From a virus, in IMG/VR virus record IMGVR_UViG_3300045988_173425, positions 36,970 through 100,969 of that record: a stretch of 64,000 nucleotides of DNA. The stretch is one strand, 5' to 3'. Each line of letters begins with the position of its first letter. Position 1 is the first letter of the stretch. A program made the position numbers and the translations under genes. Below are positions 15,661 to 24,804 of this stretch, piece by piece. The notes below the pieces were generated by a model. That model had not been told where the DNA came from and searched no databases. It saw only the letters and a list, made by a program, of their open reading frames with translations.

Positions 15661-16657
15661 TAATTATGCGTGGGCAGATAAGCTACCTGACGAAACGCTG
15701 GACGTGAGCGAAGAGCACCGCTCGGAGTTCTTCAGAACGATGTTCGAGCGCCAGATGATATGGAAACGCCGCTTCTTGGATGGAGCGCCGCGCCCGTGGA
15801 CCGAAGACCCGATCTTAAGGGACTATAAGTTTACCAACGTATATCGCGAGTTAGACCGCAATTCGCAGTGGCAAATACGAAACATCATTCTCGATCCGCT
15901 ACTTTCGTTGACGAATTTGGTTTGGAAGACGATGGTGTTTCGGTACTTCAATAATCCTGCAACGTTCGAATTCGCTCAACAGCGATACGGTTGGAAGGCG
16001 GGAATTCCAGATTACGACCAATACGACGAAGACCGCTTCGCAGAGATGATAGCTGTGTACCGTGCGTCGGGAAACAACCCTTACACTACGGCGTATTTGA
16101 TCAATTCGATGGCCACGCCCGGTAAACCGCGCGACTACTGTTACACGCACTTGGTGGTTCCTACGTTACACCGGCGCTTGGGTGAGTTGATACGGACGGT
16201 ATTGGCGGCTGAAACTCCTGAACAGATCATCAGGTTTTTACGCACCCTGCCTTCATCGGCTACATTCATCGCTCACGAATTTTACCAAGACTTTACCTAC
16301 ATATCACGCTACACCACGCGTCGTTTCATGCGTTTTACTCAAGACGACTATACCAACGTAGGACCTGGCGCATCGATTGGGTTGCGGTTGATATTTCCGT
16401 CGTTGAAACGTCAGGTGGATGGAATATATCGCCTGCGTGACGAATCGCGTGACGAGTTGGCGAAGTTGGGTAATTTCCCATACCTACACTGGGACCGCGC
16501 CGGGTGGCGTTACCGCGTATCGCGCGTGGGAGAAATAACGCTTCATCAGGTGGAAATGTGGCTGTGCGAGTACCAAAAGTATTGGAAAATGCGTATTGGC
16601 GAAGGCAAGCAGCGTTCTACATTTGAACCTCAAACTCGTAAATTAGTGGGACAATGA
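15647..16657 (+). CDS. possible alpha-glutamyl/putrescinyl thymine pyrophosphorylase (aGPT-Pplase)-like protein
   Basis: N-terminal ERQMIWKRRFLDGAPRPWTEDPILRDYKFTNVYRELDRNSQW resembles my recollection of the family signature (PWT.DPIL..Y.F.NVYRE.DR). The protein is all-helical in character. Not verified by a search. Confidence 0.5.
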   Translation: MATFDNYAWADKLPDETLDVSEEHRSEFFRTMFERQMIWKRRFLDGAPRPWTEDPILRDYKFTNVYRELDRNSQWQIRNIILDPLLSLTNLVWKTMVFRYFNNPATFEFAQQRYGWKAGIPDYDQYDEDRFAEMIAVYRASGNNPYTTAYLINSMATPGKPRDYCYTHLVVPTLHRRLGELIRTVLAAETPEQIIRFLRTLPSSATFIAHEFYQDFTYISRYTTRRFMRFTQDDYTNVGPGASIGLRLIFPSLKRQVDGIYRLRDESRDELAKLGNFPYLHWDRAGWRYRVSRVGEITLHQVEMWLCEYQKYWKMRIGEGKQRSTFEPQTRKLVGQ

Positions 16658-16977
16658 TAACCTTTCACACGCCTCTTGAAACGGGCGATTTTATGGGTAT
16701 CGACTTTCAGATTATGGCCGATGACCTGTCTACGAGTGCCGCACGATTAGTAGTCGTCGGCACTTTCATAACACCCTTCACCACGGAAGAAAAAGCGCGG
16801 TTTGAACGTTTGATCGTTGATATACGCCACGACGGTGAATGGAATGGTTCGTATGACGACCAGACGGACTATTTCACGTGGAATGGTTATCAGGTAGCGG
16901 TGTGGGGCGATATCGTCCATCGGGCGCTGATTATCAGGCAAACGGCACGGAACGACATTTTGAAACTGTTGTGTTGA
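16654..16977 (+). CDS. hypothetical protein (107 aa)
   Basis: ATGA overlap with the upstream stop. Confidence 0.65.
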   Translation: MITFHTPLETGDFMGIDFQIMADDLSTSAARLVVVGTFITPFTTEEKARFERLIVDIRHDGEWNGSYDDQTDYFTWNGYQVAVWGDIVHRALIIRQTARNDILKLLC

Positions 16978-17014
16978 CAGCCAATTATAGGTTAACAAAT
17001 CGCGTAAAAACATT

Positions 17015-18772
17015 ATGTCCGGTGTAAAAGAAAGATTGGAATCGGTGGAACGTGCCATGCAGGCTCTAACAATACGCAAGTCGCTGTTGGTAGAGCGTGC
17101 GTTGAGCAGCGACAACCCGTCCGATATACTCAAAGCCGCTGAAATATTCAATCAGCAATCCAAGCCTGCTAACGTTGCCCCGAAGGCGTACTTGATCGAT
17201 CCTTTGGAGTTCAATTCGTTTTTGGGGTATAAGGATAAGCCGTTTTCGCTCTCGTATGAGACACTGCGCCGGATGAGCCGCACCCCCATCATCAACTCAA
17301 TCCTCAAGACCCGTAAGAACCAAATAGCCGACTTCGCTGAACCGCAGGCCGATCGCTATTCTACAGGGTTCGTCATTCGTCGTAAACCGAAATTTGGTCA
17401 AGAGCAGAAGATGGATTCTCAAGACCGCAAGATTGCGGCCTCCATCACCGACTTCATTCTCAATTGCGGTGATACCGCCACTTGGGACGGCGACGAGTTT
17501 GACGAGTTTGTTCGTAAAATCGTTGACGACTCGTTGACGTTCGACCAGATGACGTTTGAGTGCATTCGTAACCGCCGCGGCAAACTGGTACGGTTTCAGG
17601 CCGTCGATGCTGCGACGTTCCGGTTGGCTGAATCGTACTTCGACGGTGAATACAACAACCCGTATTTTGACGGCGCTATGATGGATGACCGCCAAAACTG
17701 GGGTCCAAAGGTTGATGGCTATTATCCGGCCTACGTTCAGGTGTACCAAACAGCCAAGGTGGCGCAGTTCTATCCGTGGGAGTTGTGCTTCGGTATACGC
17801 AACCCGACCACGTCGATCTACGCCAACGGGTACGGAAACTCTGAATTGGAAGAACTGATTAACGTCGTTACATCGATGCTTTGGGGCGACGAATACAACC
17901 GCCGCTTCTTCTCTCAAGGATCAGCGCCGAAGGGTCTTCTTCGGATCAAGGGTAACGTCAACGAGGCTTCGCTTCAACAGTTCAAGCAGCAGTGGCAAGC
18001 CATGATATCAGGCGTTATGCAGTCGTGGAAGACGCCCGTCGTTGAGGGTGATATCGACTGGGTTGATCTCCAGAAGAACAACCGTGATATGGAGTACAAC
18101 TCGTGGATGGAGTACCTGATCAAGATCGCGTGTGCTGTATTCTGTATCGACCCGACGGAAATCGGGTGGGACATTTCCCGTTCCAACGGCAGCGGCCTGA
18201 CGTTCGGTGATGGCCAAAAGCAGCGCATGGAGCAGTCCAAAGACAAGGGTCTCTACCCGATGCTGAAGTTCATCCAGCGTAAACTCAACAAATTCATCGT
18301 CGAGCAAATCAACCCCGACTTCGAATTCGTATTCATGGGCCTCAACGGAATGACCATTTCCGAAGAGCTGGATATGGACATCAAACGCCTTCAGGCCTTC
18401 CAGACCGTGGACGAGATTCGCGAGAAGTGGGATCTCCCGGCTATTGGCGAAGAGAAGGGTGGCAACACCATCGAGAACTCAGTCATCCAACAGGCTCTCA
18501 GCGCCAAGCAGCAACAGCAACAGGCGATGGGTGACATGGGCGCCGGAGGCGGCAACCCGTTTGAAGAGGCTGCCGGTATGGGCGCTGAAGGCGTTCCGGG
18601 TGAAGAGCCCACTGGCGACGAAGGCGACGAAGGCCCCGAAGCGCAAGGCGGAAACCCGTTCGACCTTTACGCCGCTGGCGATGAAGAAGAAACTATGAAG
18701 GCTCGTGAAGCGAATCCGCTCGTGGCCGCATTCGACGAATACTTACAAAAAGCAATACACCATGACGAGTAA
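17015..18772 (+). CDS. portal protein
   Basis: 585 aa. The central region (YPWELCFGIRNP...GNSELEELINVVTSMLWGDEYNRRFFSQGSAPKGLLRIKG) has a portal-like pattern and the C-terminal tail is acidic. Size fits a portal in a phage with terL, MuF, protease and capsid genes. Confidence 0.7.
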   Translation: MSGVKERLESVERAMQALTIRKSLLVERALSSDNPSDILKAAEIFNQQSKPANVAPKAYLIDPLEFNSFLGYKDKPFSLSYETLRRMSRTPIINSILKTRKNQIADFAEPQADRYSTGFVIRRKPKFGQEQKMDSQDRKIAASITDFILNCGDTATWDGDEFDEFVRKIVDDSLTFDQMTFECIRNRRGKLVRFQAVDAATFRLAESYFDGEYNNPYFDGAMMDDRQNWGPKVDGYYPAYVQVYQTAKVAQFYPWELCFGIRNPTTSIYANGYGNSELEELINVVTSMLWGDEYNRRFFSQGSAPKGLLRIKGNVNEASLQQFKQQWQAMISGVMQSWKTPVVEGDIDWVDLQKNNRDMEYNSWMEYLIKIACAVFCIDPTEIGWDISRSNGSGLTFGDGQKQRMEQSKDKGLYPMLKFIQRKLNKFIVEQINPDFEFVFMGLNGMTISEELDMDIKRLQAFQTVDEIREKWDLPAIGEEKGGNTIENSVIQQALSAKQQQQQAMGDMGAGGGNPFEEAAGMGAEGVPGEEPTGDEGDEGPEAQGGNPFDLYAAGDEEETMKAREANPLVAAFDEYLQKAIHHDE

Positions 18773-19019
18773 CGAAAAGAACACCGCGCCCATCGTACAG
18801 CTGTTGGCTGACGCTATGCCTAAACCGATTGTTGACGCTTCTGGCGGTAGCGTCATTTACCGCGGTTATGCGCCCATCGGCACAGGTCAAAGCGAGGCCG
18901 GATGGCGCATCGAACGCGAGACCACTGCTGATGGAATTACCATCACGGAATATCCGATTGGCGACATGAGTTACAATTTCGTGTGGGCTAATCGCGCTGA
19001 CTACATTTATTCACGCTAA
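18762..19019 (+). CDS. hypothetical protein (85 aa)
   Basis: Start moved to ATG 18762 (MTSNEKNT...), overlapping the portal stop by 11 nt. Confidence 0.6.
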   Translation: MTSNEKNTAPIVQLLADAMPKPIVDASGGSVIYRGYAPIGTGQSEAGWRIERETTADGITITEYPIGDMSYNFVWANRADYIYSR

Positions 19020-19030
19020 TATCTCCGCAA

Positions 19031-20668
19031 ATGGCAACAGTTGACGTCGGAACCATAGCAGGTATATCCATCGGCACGACGCCCCCGTCGAACCCGGCGA
19101 TTATCTGGTACGACACCACCGACAAACTCCACAAAAGTTACGACGCCTCGCTCGGGCAGTGGGTTCCGATGTCGCAGGCGATTGTGGCTGAAATAGCCGA
19201 TTTCAACGACCTTATCAATAAGGCGAACCTCCCCGGCGGACTACCTATCGCGGCGTTCTACAACGTCATCAAGCGCGACGCTGACGGTCAGTGGAACACC
19301 ATGGTGTGGGTAGTAGGCCAAACCCGTATTCAGTACGTCGATAAGCAAAACAACATCATCGTCGAAGACCTCGCTGGGCAAGGTACCACAACGCAATACG
19401 TTGCTTCAACGAACTACTTCTTCGATAACGTCGTCGCCACGTTCGATCAACAAACGTCGCGTCTCAATTTCACCTTCCAGCAGGTGACGGATAACCCTGC
19501 TATGCAAGACGTACTTTTCGGTAGCCGCATTATCAACGATAATCCAACGTTGGTGAAGCGTACCGTGAAATCGTTGCTCTCAACGTCATCGAAGAACTCG
19601 CTGTCGTTCGTCAACGGGTTGTACTTCGACTTCAGCGCAGCGATGAATGGCGTTATCGTCTCCGAGCAAGAAAACGATACACAGGTCGTTGGATACAAGC
19701 AGTACACGGCCGATTATGCCGCCATGGATAAGACGTTCACGGAGGTAACGAAGATCATCAACGACTGGCAAAACGGCTCACAACAGATGATCTTCAGCGC
19801 CCGGTTGATTGAGGTTAATCCTGTTACGGCTACTATTGCCGCACCGCAAGACCTTACTACGACCGACGATTTGAAAATGGCGCTCAACAAGATTCAAGGC
19901 TGGTACAACCGCTTGAAACTGGCCACCGGAATGAGCCTGTCGTCGGCGTATAAGGCTGATCCCGCTACCAAGGGCGTTATGCCTGCTGGTGGTGATCCTG
20001 TTGAAAAAGCCATTGCGCTGCTTCACCAAGCAATCTTGGATGTCGATTTTTCGCAGTATGGCGATTCCAGTAACATCACGATAGGCGGTTCACAAGGTGA
20101 CTTCCCCGAAATACCCTATATGTCGTTTATCGACGTTGAAGGTTCGGTTCGTCAAGCGTTTGAGGTAGTGTGGAGCGCGTTAGGGAATATCATTACGGGC
20201 GATGATACTGGCGAAATACTGAAGAAACTCGTTGCTTCGTCTTCCATATTCGAACGCAACGTGTTGAAAAGCCACTTGGCAAGAGGTATTGTCGGCGGCT
20301 TCGACGATTATAGAATTCTGCCCGGCGGCAGTACTTACAACGTCGAGTTGGGGCACCGCTATTTTTACAATCTGAATGCGTCGGAAATTTCTTCATCGAC
20401 TTGGACTCTTAATTTGGGTACGCTTACCAACCCGTCGTCGTTGGAGGCATACACACAAGAAAGCGTCGGTGGAACCATCGAAGTGCTCGTCTATTGTAAT
20501 GTCGCTAACGGCCAGACTCTGCGCGTCGTTGACGGTAATGGCATTAAGGCGAATTACAATATGTCGCAAAAGGGATATTATCTTCTCACGGCTTGGGCTA
20601 CGCAGTTTATATCCCGAAGCAGTCTTGGTTTTGAGTGTTTCATCACGCGGCCGGAATATTTAGGATAG
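19031..20668 (+). CDS. hypothetical protein (545 aa), possibly structural
   Basis: Long ATG ORF. No motif recognised. Confidence 0.75.
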   Translation: MATVDVGTIAGISIGTTPPSNPAIIWYDTTDKLHKSYDASLGQWVPMSQAIVAEIADFNDLINKANLPGGLPIAAFYNVIKRDADGQWNTMVWVVGQTRIQYVDKQNNIIVEDLAGQGTTTQYVASTNYFFDNVVATFDQQTSRLNFTFQQVTDNPAMQDVLFGSRIINDNPTLVKRTVKSLLSTSSKNSLSFVNGLYFDFSAAMNGVIVSEQENDTQVVGYKQYTADYAAMDKTFTEVTKIINDWQNGSQQMIFSARLIEVNPVTATIAAPQDLTTTDDLKMALNKIQGWYNRLKLATGMSLSSAYKADPATKGVMPAGGDPVEKAIALLHQAILDVDFSQYGDSSNITIGGSQGDFPEIPYMSFIDVEGSVRQAFEVVWSALGNIITGDDTGEILKKLVASSSIFERNVLKSHLARGIVGGFDDYRILPGGSTYNVELGHRYFYNLNASEISSSTWTLNLGTLTNPSSLEAYTQESVGGTIEVLVYCNVANGQTLRVVDGNGIKANYNMSQKGYYLLTAWATQFISRSSLGFECFITRPEYLG

Positions 20669-20669
20669 T

Positions 20670-21239
20670 ATGTGTAAGGTGGTCTATTTAACATCGCGGC
20701 GTTTTAACGCTGAAGCACGGCGGTTCATCCAAGCACTGGCTGAAGAATTACGTCGCCGACGTATCGAAGTGGTAGTTGGCAACGCTTACGATGTTTGGAA
20801 TTACTTCAGACCCCATCGAACTTATGGTATCGCGTTGGCGGTGGACTTCTTCAATGATCACAAAGACGGCTGCAGTCTCACGCTGAACCGAGTTTGTCCA
20901 GCGCTTACACGTGATTTTGCTTACAACTTATCGAACCACTACGATATTTTGACGCCTCAAATTCGTTGGCGGTCGTTCCTATTTGTGGATTCGTACGACC
21001 GCCAGTGGTACCGTTTCTTCAATCGTGTGAGTGCAGAGGTTAAACTTATAATTTACCCTGCAACGCTTACCAACGAAGGCGACATGGATGCGTACCTCGG
21101 CGCACGCGACGGTATTATACGAGCGTTTGCTGATGAAATTGTGAGGTGTCTTCGCTCTAATTACGATTACAACTCGTACGCTAAAGCAGCTAAAGTTGCT
21201 CGCATACGCATTAACGAAAGAATGAAACGCAATGGCTGA
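20670..21239 (+). CDS. Amidase_3-like fold protein lacking the expected zinc ligands (possible degenerate endolysin)
   Basis: The C-terminal pattern ...VKLIIYPATLTNEGDMDAYL....IIRAFADEIV resembles the LvE.GFxsN..D...l.....a.ai end of MurNAc-L-Ala amidases. The GHGG and SxHxN positions are not conserved. Followed by two membrane proteins. Confidence 0.3.
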   Translation: MCKVVYLTSRRFNAEARRFIQALAEELRRRRIEVVVGNAYDVWNYFRPHRTYGIALAVDFFNDHKDGCSLTLNRVCPALTRDFAYNLSNHYDILTPQIRWRSFLFVDSYDRQWYRFFNRVSAEVKLIIYPATLTNEGDMDAYLGARDGIIRAFADEIVRCLRSNYDYNSYAKAAKVARIRINERMKRNG

Positions 21240-21732
21240 TGGAACTTTCATGACTACTATCTTCCCCATAATTTCGCTTCTATTCGGGGCGGGTGGTATT
21301 GGCTATGCCGTTGTAGCGCGTATGTTGGATCGTAAGAAATACGCCCAAGAAGTTCGTTGTAGCCAAGCCGACGCTGATTTGAAAGGTGAAGAATTTTGGA
21401 AGGGGCGATATGACACCTTGATGAACGAACTCGACAAGAAGGAATCGTGGTGGAAAGAGCGATACAACAATCTGTATCAGGAAGTGCAAAACGAACGTAA
21501 GTTATCAAACGAAATGATGACGAACTTTCGTAACGAACTTAACAAAATCCGCGACGAATATGAGGCCCAACGACAGGCCGACCGCGATAAGTATAACCGC
21601 CTGATGGAGGAGTTCCGTACTCAAGAGCGTGAAGCCAATAAAGCGGCTGAAGATTACAAGCGCCGTATCAATGAACTCGAAGCGTCGATCACGGCCTACG
21701 AAGAAATGATCAAGAACGGTAAACGGTCATGA
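21232..21732 (+). CDS. N-terminally membrane-anchored coiled-coil protein (spanin/holin-associated candidate)
   Basis: TM segment TTIFPIISLLFGAGGIGYAVVA followed by about 120 aa of charged heptad-like sequence. Confidence 0.5.
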   Translation: MADGTFMTTIFPIISLLFGAGGIGYAVVARMLDRKKYAQEVRCSQADADLKGEEFWKGRYDTLMNELDKKESWWKERYNNLYQEVQNERKLSNEMMTNFRNELNKIRDEYEAQRQADRDKYNRLMEEFRTQEREANKAAEDYKRRINELEASITAYEEMIKNGKRS

Positions 21733-22286
21733 AGACAGCATCCAGCATAATTATCGTTGTAGCGGCCCTAATTTTCGCGTTCTTTCTGGGGCGGGGTACT
21801 TATACCCCTGAACCCCCTAAAGTCGTTGAAAAGTGGTATACAAAGCACGATACGGTGGAATATCGCGATACGATCAAAGTTCCTGTTCCGTATCAGGTCG
21901 TGCGCGATACTACAATCTACCTGCCGGGGGTGATCGATACCGCCGCTCTTTTGGCTGATTATCTGGCTCGAAAAGAATATTCACTGGACTTTTCCAACGA
22001 TAGTATTGGCGAGTTTCGCGTTGATGCGGTTATTCAGCGTAACGCCCTCGCGCAAGTTACGTCGCACGTGAAACCCATAATCCGCATCCACGAAGTAGAA
22101 AACACGATAATCAACAAGCAGATACCATTCATTCAAGGTTACGCCCAAATAGGAACGTCCGTAGACTTTGGCACGCAAAAGTTCTCTGCCGGGGCCGACT
22201 TTCGGCAACGGTTCTTGGTTGGCGCTTCAGCTATAAGAGTTGATGATCGCTGGGGATACACGTTGGATTTTGGTATAAAATTTTGA
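21729..22286 (+). CDS. membrane-anchored or secreted protein with beta-rich C-terminus ending in Phe
   Basis: N-terminal hydrophobic segment IIIVVAALIFAFFLG; C-terminus ...GYTLDFGIKF. ATGA overlap with the upstream gene. Confidence 0.5.
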   Translation: MKTASSIIIVVAALIFAFFLGRGTYTPEPPKVVEKWYTKHDTVEYRDTIKVPVPYQVVRDTTIYLPGVIDTAALLADYLARKEYSLDFSNDSIGEFRVDAVIQRNALAQVTSHVKPIIRIHEVENTIINKQIPFIQGYAQIGTSVDFGTQKFSAGADFRQRFLVGASAIRVDDRWGYTLDFGIKF

Positions 22287-22318
22287 CGTATTCTCTTGGC
22301 AGTTTGAATAAAATTCAG

Positions 22319-22326
22319 TACCTTTG
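22319..22326 (+). promoter_or_regulatory. Bacteroidetes-type -7 promoter element (TAnnTTTG)
   Basis: TACCTTTG lies 34 nt upstream of ATG 22360 in a 73-nt intergenic gap. I found no -33 TTTG at canonical spacing. Confidence 0.35.
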
Positions 22327-22359
22327 TAGTGGAAATGAAACTTATAAACCGATAACGTT

Positions 22360-24123
22360 ATGAAAGAAATTATCAACTACGGCGAAGCGCGTCGCCAACA
22401 GATTCTCAAAGGATTCACCAACATCGACGAGGTCGCTGAAGAAGCGCCGATCGAAAAAGCGCGTCATGGCGTATACGCTGACAACGCCCAGAATCGTCGC
22501 CTCCAGCGCGTGGGACAGGAATACGGTCACGCCGCCAAAGAAGACCCTGAAGCAGGTCAAGAAGGCAACGAGGGTGTACCTGAAGGCAACGTGAGTCTCC
22601 AGAACCACGCTCGTCAGGCTTCCGAGGAGGCGCTGGTGAAAGTAGCCAACGACCCGTCGGCTGATGCCGAAATGCGCAAGGTGGCTACCGCTGAACTCGA
22701 ACGGCGCGGCGTGAACGTTCGTGCCAAGAACAAGAAGGGCGACCAGTCGCTGCGTAACGGTCTGGCTGACGGCGACGCCAAATCGGCTTCTACGTTTGAG
22801 TCGATGGGCTTCCGTCAAATGGACGACCGCGATCTGGAGCAGTACGCCGGAGTGGAGGACGCTTCTCACGCTTTCATCAAGCAGGTAGGTGGTGACGAGG
22901 ACGGCTTCGATCTGGTAGTTACCAAGACCAGCGAAGGATATCGCGTCGACAAATACCCCTACGCTGACGTGGACAACTTTGAGTCCGTGACGGTGAAGGA
23001 AATCGGCGACGTTGAAGGCGCTGCGTCGAAATTCGGCGATCCCGACGCTAAAGGAAAGGGTGGAAAGGCTGACGCCAAATCGCTCATCGACAGTTTCAAC
23101 GAAATGGCCGAGGGTAACGCTGACTTTGACGCCGAGTCGTTCAAATCCTTCGTCAAGGAAAAAGGCGGAAAGGCCGTGAAAGAACTGGCTGATGCTATTC
23201 GCAAGATGCCCAGCGAGGCTGGTCAGAGTGATCTCGCCGACGACGAAATTGTCGATATGATCGAGAATATGTTCGAGGAGGCCGACACGCGTGTACCCAA
23301 GGAAGCCAAGAAGGAACTCGACAACCTTCGTGGGTCGGGTGAAAGCGTTCTTGCCAAGTGGGACGCCTATACTTCGGAGTCGGGTGAAGACGATGACTTC
23401 GGCGCAGCGCTCGAAAGCCTCATCGACAACAAGGGCGAGGCCAAGGCCATCAAGGAACTGGCCGCAGCCATGAAAGCAAATCCGGTTGATACTGGCGGTG
23501 TTCAGTCCGACGCTACGGACGACGAAATTGCCGACACCATCGCCAATATGTTCGAGATGGCTGGCGTGAAGGTATCGAAGGACGGCCAGAAGGAACTCGA
23601 CGCGCTGATCGGCGGTGAGGAGGAAAGCGCCACCAAGCAAGGTAAGAAGGCCGATGCTGCCGCCAAGGCCGAAGTGAAGAGTGCCGAGAAGGGCAACAAA
23701 GCTACAAAGTCTTCGTCTGAGAAGGATAACGCTGCGGCCGATAAATTCATCAAGAAAACCGGCAGAGGGGCTGATCCGGCTGAGTATGCCAAGATGATCG
23801 CCAAGAACCCCGAAGGCATTGCCCGCGCTCTGAAAGCAAGGATCGCATCCGGCGACAAAGAGGCCCAGCGTGCTGCTTTGAGCCTCAATTCGCTTACCGA
23901 TCCGCAGTCGCGTGACAAGGGCGTCGGCCAAGAACTCCTCAGCCATCCTGAGTTGAAGAAAATCGCTGACGAGCGTCAGGCTGCGCGCGATTCGCTTCGC
24001 GGGGAGTATGATCCGGAAGAATACCGTAAGAAGGTTGACGCGCAAATCGAGGTAATGAAACGCACCAACAAGGAATTCGTTGACAAGTTCCTCGAAATCT
24101 ACGCCAGTAACACCGAAGAGTAA
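22360..24123 (+). CDS. highly charged (K/E/D/A-rich) protein with internal tandem repeat
   Basis: 587-aa ATG ORF. N-terminal GVYADNAQNRRLQRVGQEYG motif. Two ~70-aa repeats (see the repeat feature). Confidence 0.75.
   Translation: MKEIINYGEARRQQILKGFTNIDEVAEEAPIEKARHGVYADNAQNRRLQRVGQEYGHAAKEDPEAGQEGNEGVPEGNVSLQNHARQASEEALVKVANDPSADAEMRKVATAELERRGVNVRAKNKKGDQSLRNGLADGDAKSASTFESMGFRQMDDRDLEQYAGVEDASHAFIKQVGGDEDGFDLVVTKTSEGYRVDKYPYADVDNFESVTVKEIGDVEGAASKFGDPDAKGKGGKADAKSLIDSFNEMAEGNADFDAESFKSFVKEKGGKAVKELADAIRKMPSEAGQSDLADDEIVDMIENMFEEADTRVPKEAKKELDNLRGSGESVLAKWDAYTSESGEDDDFGAALESLIDNKGEAKAIKELAAAMKANPVDTGGVQSDATDDEIADTIANMFEMAGVKVSKDGQKELDALIGGEEESATKQGKKADAAAKAEVKSAEKGNKATKSSSEKDNAAADKFIKKTGRGADPAEYAKMIAKNPEGIARALKARIASGDKEAQRAALSLNSLTDPQSRDKGVGQELLSHPELKKIADERQAARDSLRGEYDPEEYRKKVDAQIEVMKRTNKEFVDKFLEIYASNTEE
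23125..23613 (+). repeat. protein-level tandem duplication (~70 aa x2) inside 22360-24123
   Basis: aa 256-326 FKSFVKEKGGKAVKELADAIRKMP...SDLADDEIVDMIENMFEEADTRVPKEAKKELDNLRG aligns with aa 347-418 LESLIDNKGEAKAIKELAAAMKANP...SDATDDEIADTIANMFEMAGVKVSKDGQKELDALIG. Confidence 0.8.
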
Positions 24124-24341
24124 TGCCCTACAACGCCAAACATACACACTTCCTTCCGTCGCCATTCCCCACCGTTACTCAATACGAGAACCAATTCATT
24201 AAGGAATGGAACGCCAATAACGCCGCGGCGCTCGGTGATGTCTTGAAGTACATCGCCGACGCTACGGCTGCGGCGGTTAAAGAACTAAACGAGGATGAAA
24301 CAAAGAAAGGCAATTTGGGCCATACCGTCAACGAAAATTGA
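24123..24341 (+). CDS. hypothetical protein (72 aa)
   Basis: TAATG overlap with the upstream stop. Confidence 0.55.
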   Translation: MPYNAKHTHFLPSPFPTVTQYENQFIKEWNANNAAALGDVLKYIADATAAAVKELNEDETKKGNLGHTVNEN

Positions 24342-24804
24342 AAAGATTTGGAGCGTCGGTACGATAATCGCTGGTAACAGCGCGTTGGAAAAAGAACCGC
24401 CGTATCCGGTGTGGGTTGTTACCCGCATTAGGGACGAAAGAGGTCGGCCGAAGTACAACGTCGGTACATTATCGCGTATTGCTGACGGTAAGTGCGAAGT
24501 GAAGGTGTACCCCTCTGATGTATCGATCACGGTGTCGTTACAACCCGACGAAGAAATCCGCCTTTGGCCAGACACCGATTGGTTTTTGAAGAAGATGTTT
24601 GACGAAGACGCCGTCAAAATTAAAGACTTCGCCGAACTCCTCAAGGGCAGCGTCGTTATTGTCAAGGTACGCACTGAAGCCGGATTCAGTTACAGAGTAG
24701 GAAAAGTCGTTAAACTCACCGACACCGCTGCTGAAATCAACCTCAACGACTGCGTGGTTATCTTTAAGCGCGGCCATGAATCAAAGGTACGATTATGGAA
24801 GTAG
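24295..24804 (+). CDS. hypothetical protein (169 aa)
   Basis: ATG ORF overlapping the upstream ORF by 47 nt. No alternative in-frame ATG nearby. Confidence 0.65.
   Translation: MKQRKAIWAIPSTKIEKIWSVGTIIAGNSALEKEPPYPVWVVTRIRDERGRPKYNVGTLSRIADGKCEVKVYPSDVSITVSLQPDEEIRLWPDTDWFLKKMFDEDAVKIKDFAELLKGSVVIVKVRTEAGFSYRVGKVVKLTDTAAEINLNDCVVIFKRGHESKVRLWK

Noticed and set aside
22342-24165. 607-aa ORF on the minus strand, the longest antisense ORF in the window
   Set aside because: It is the mirror image of 22360-24123. Its sequence is low-complexity and Leu/Val/Phe/Ser-rich, typical of the antisense of a GAA/AAG/GCC-rich gene. It would be an isolated antisense gene with no start or stop coupling to neighbours. 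Treated as a shadow ORF.
24295-24341. 47-nt overlap of 24123-24341 and 24295-24804 (again a +1 frame, with ACA-AAG-AAA-GGC) as a second programmed frameshift
   Set aside because: The downstream ORF has its own ATG at the beginning of the overlap. There is no biological precedent for this gene pair, and the A-rich heptamer is weak. Ordinary overlapping genes are the simpler explanation.
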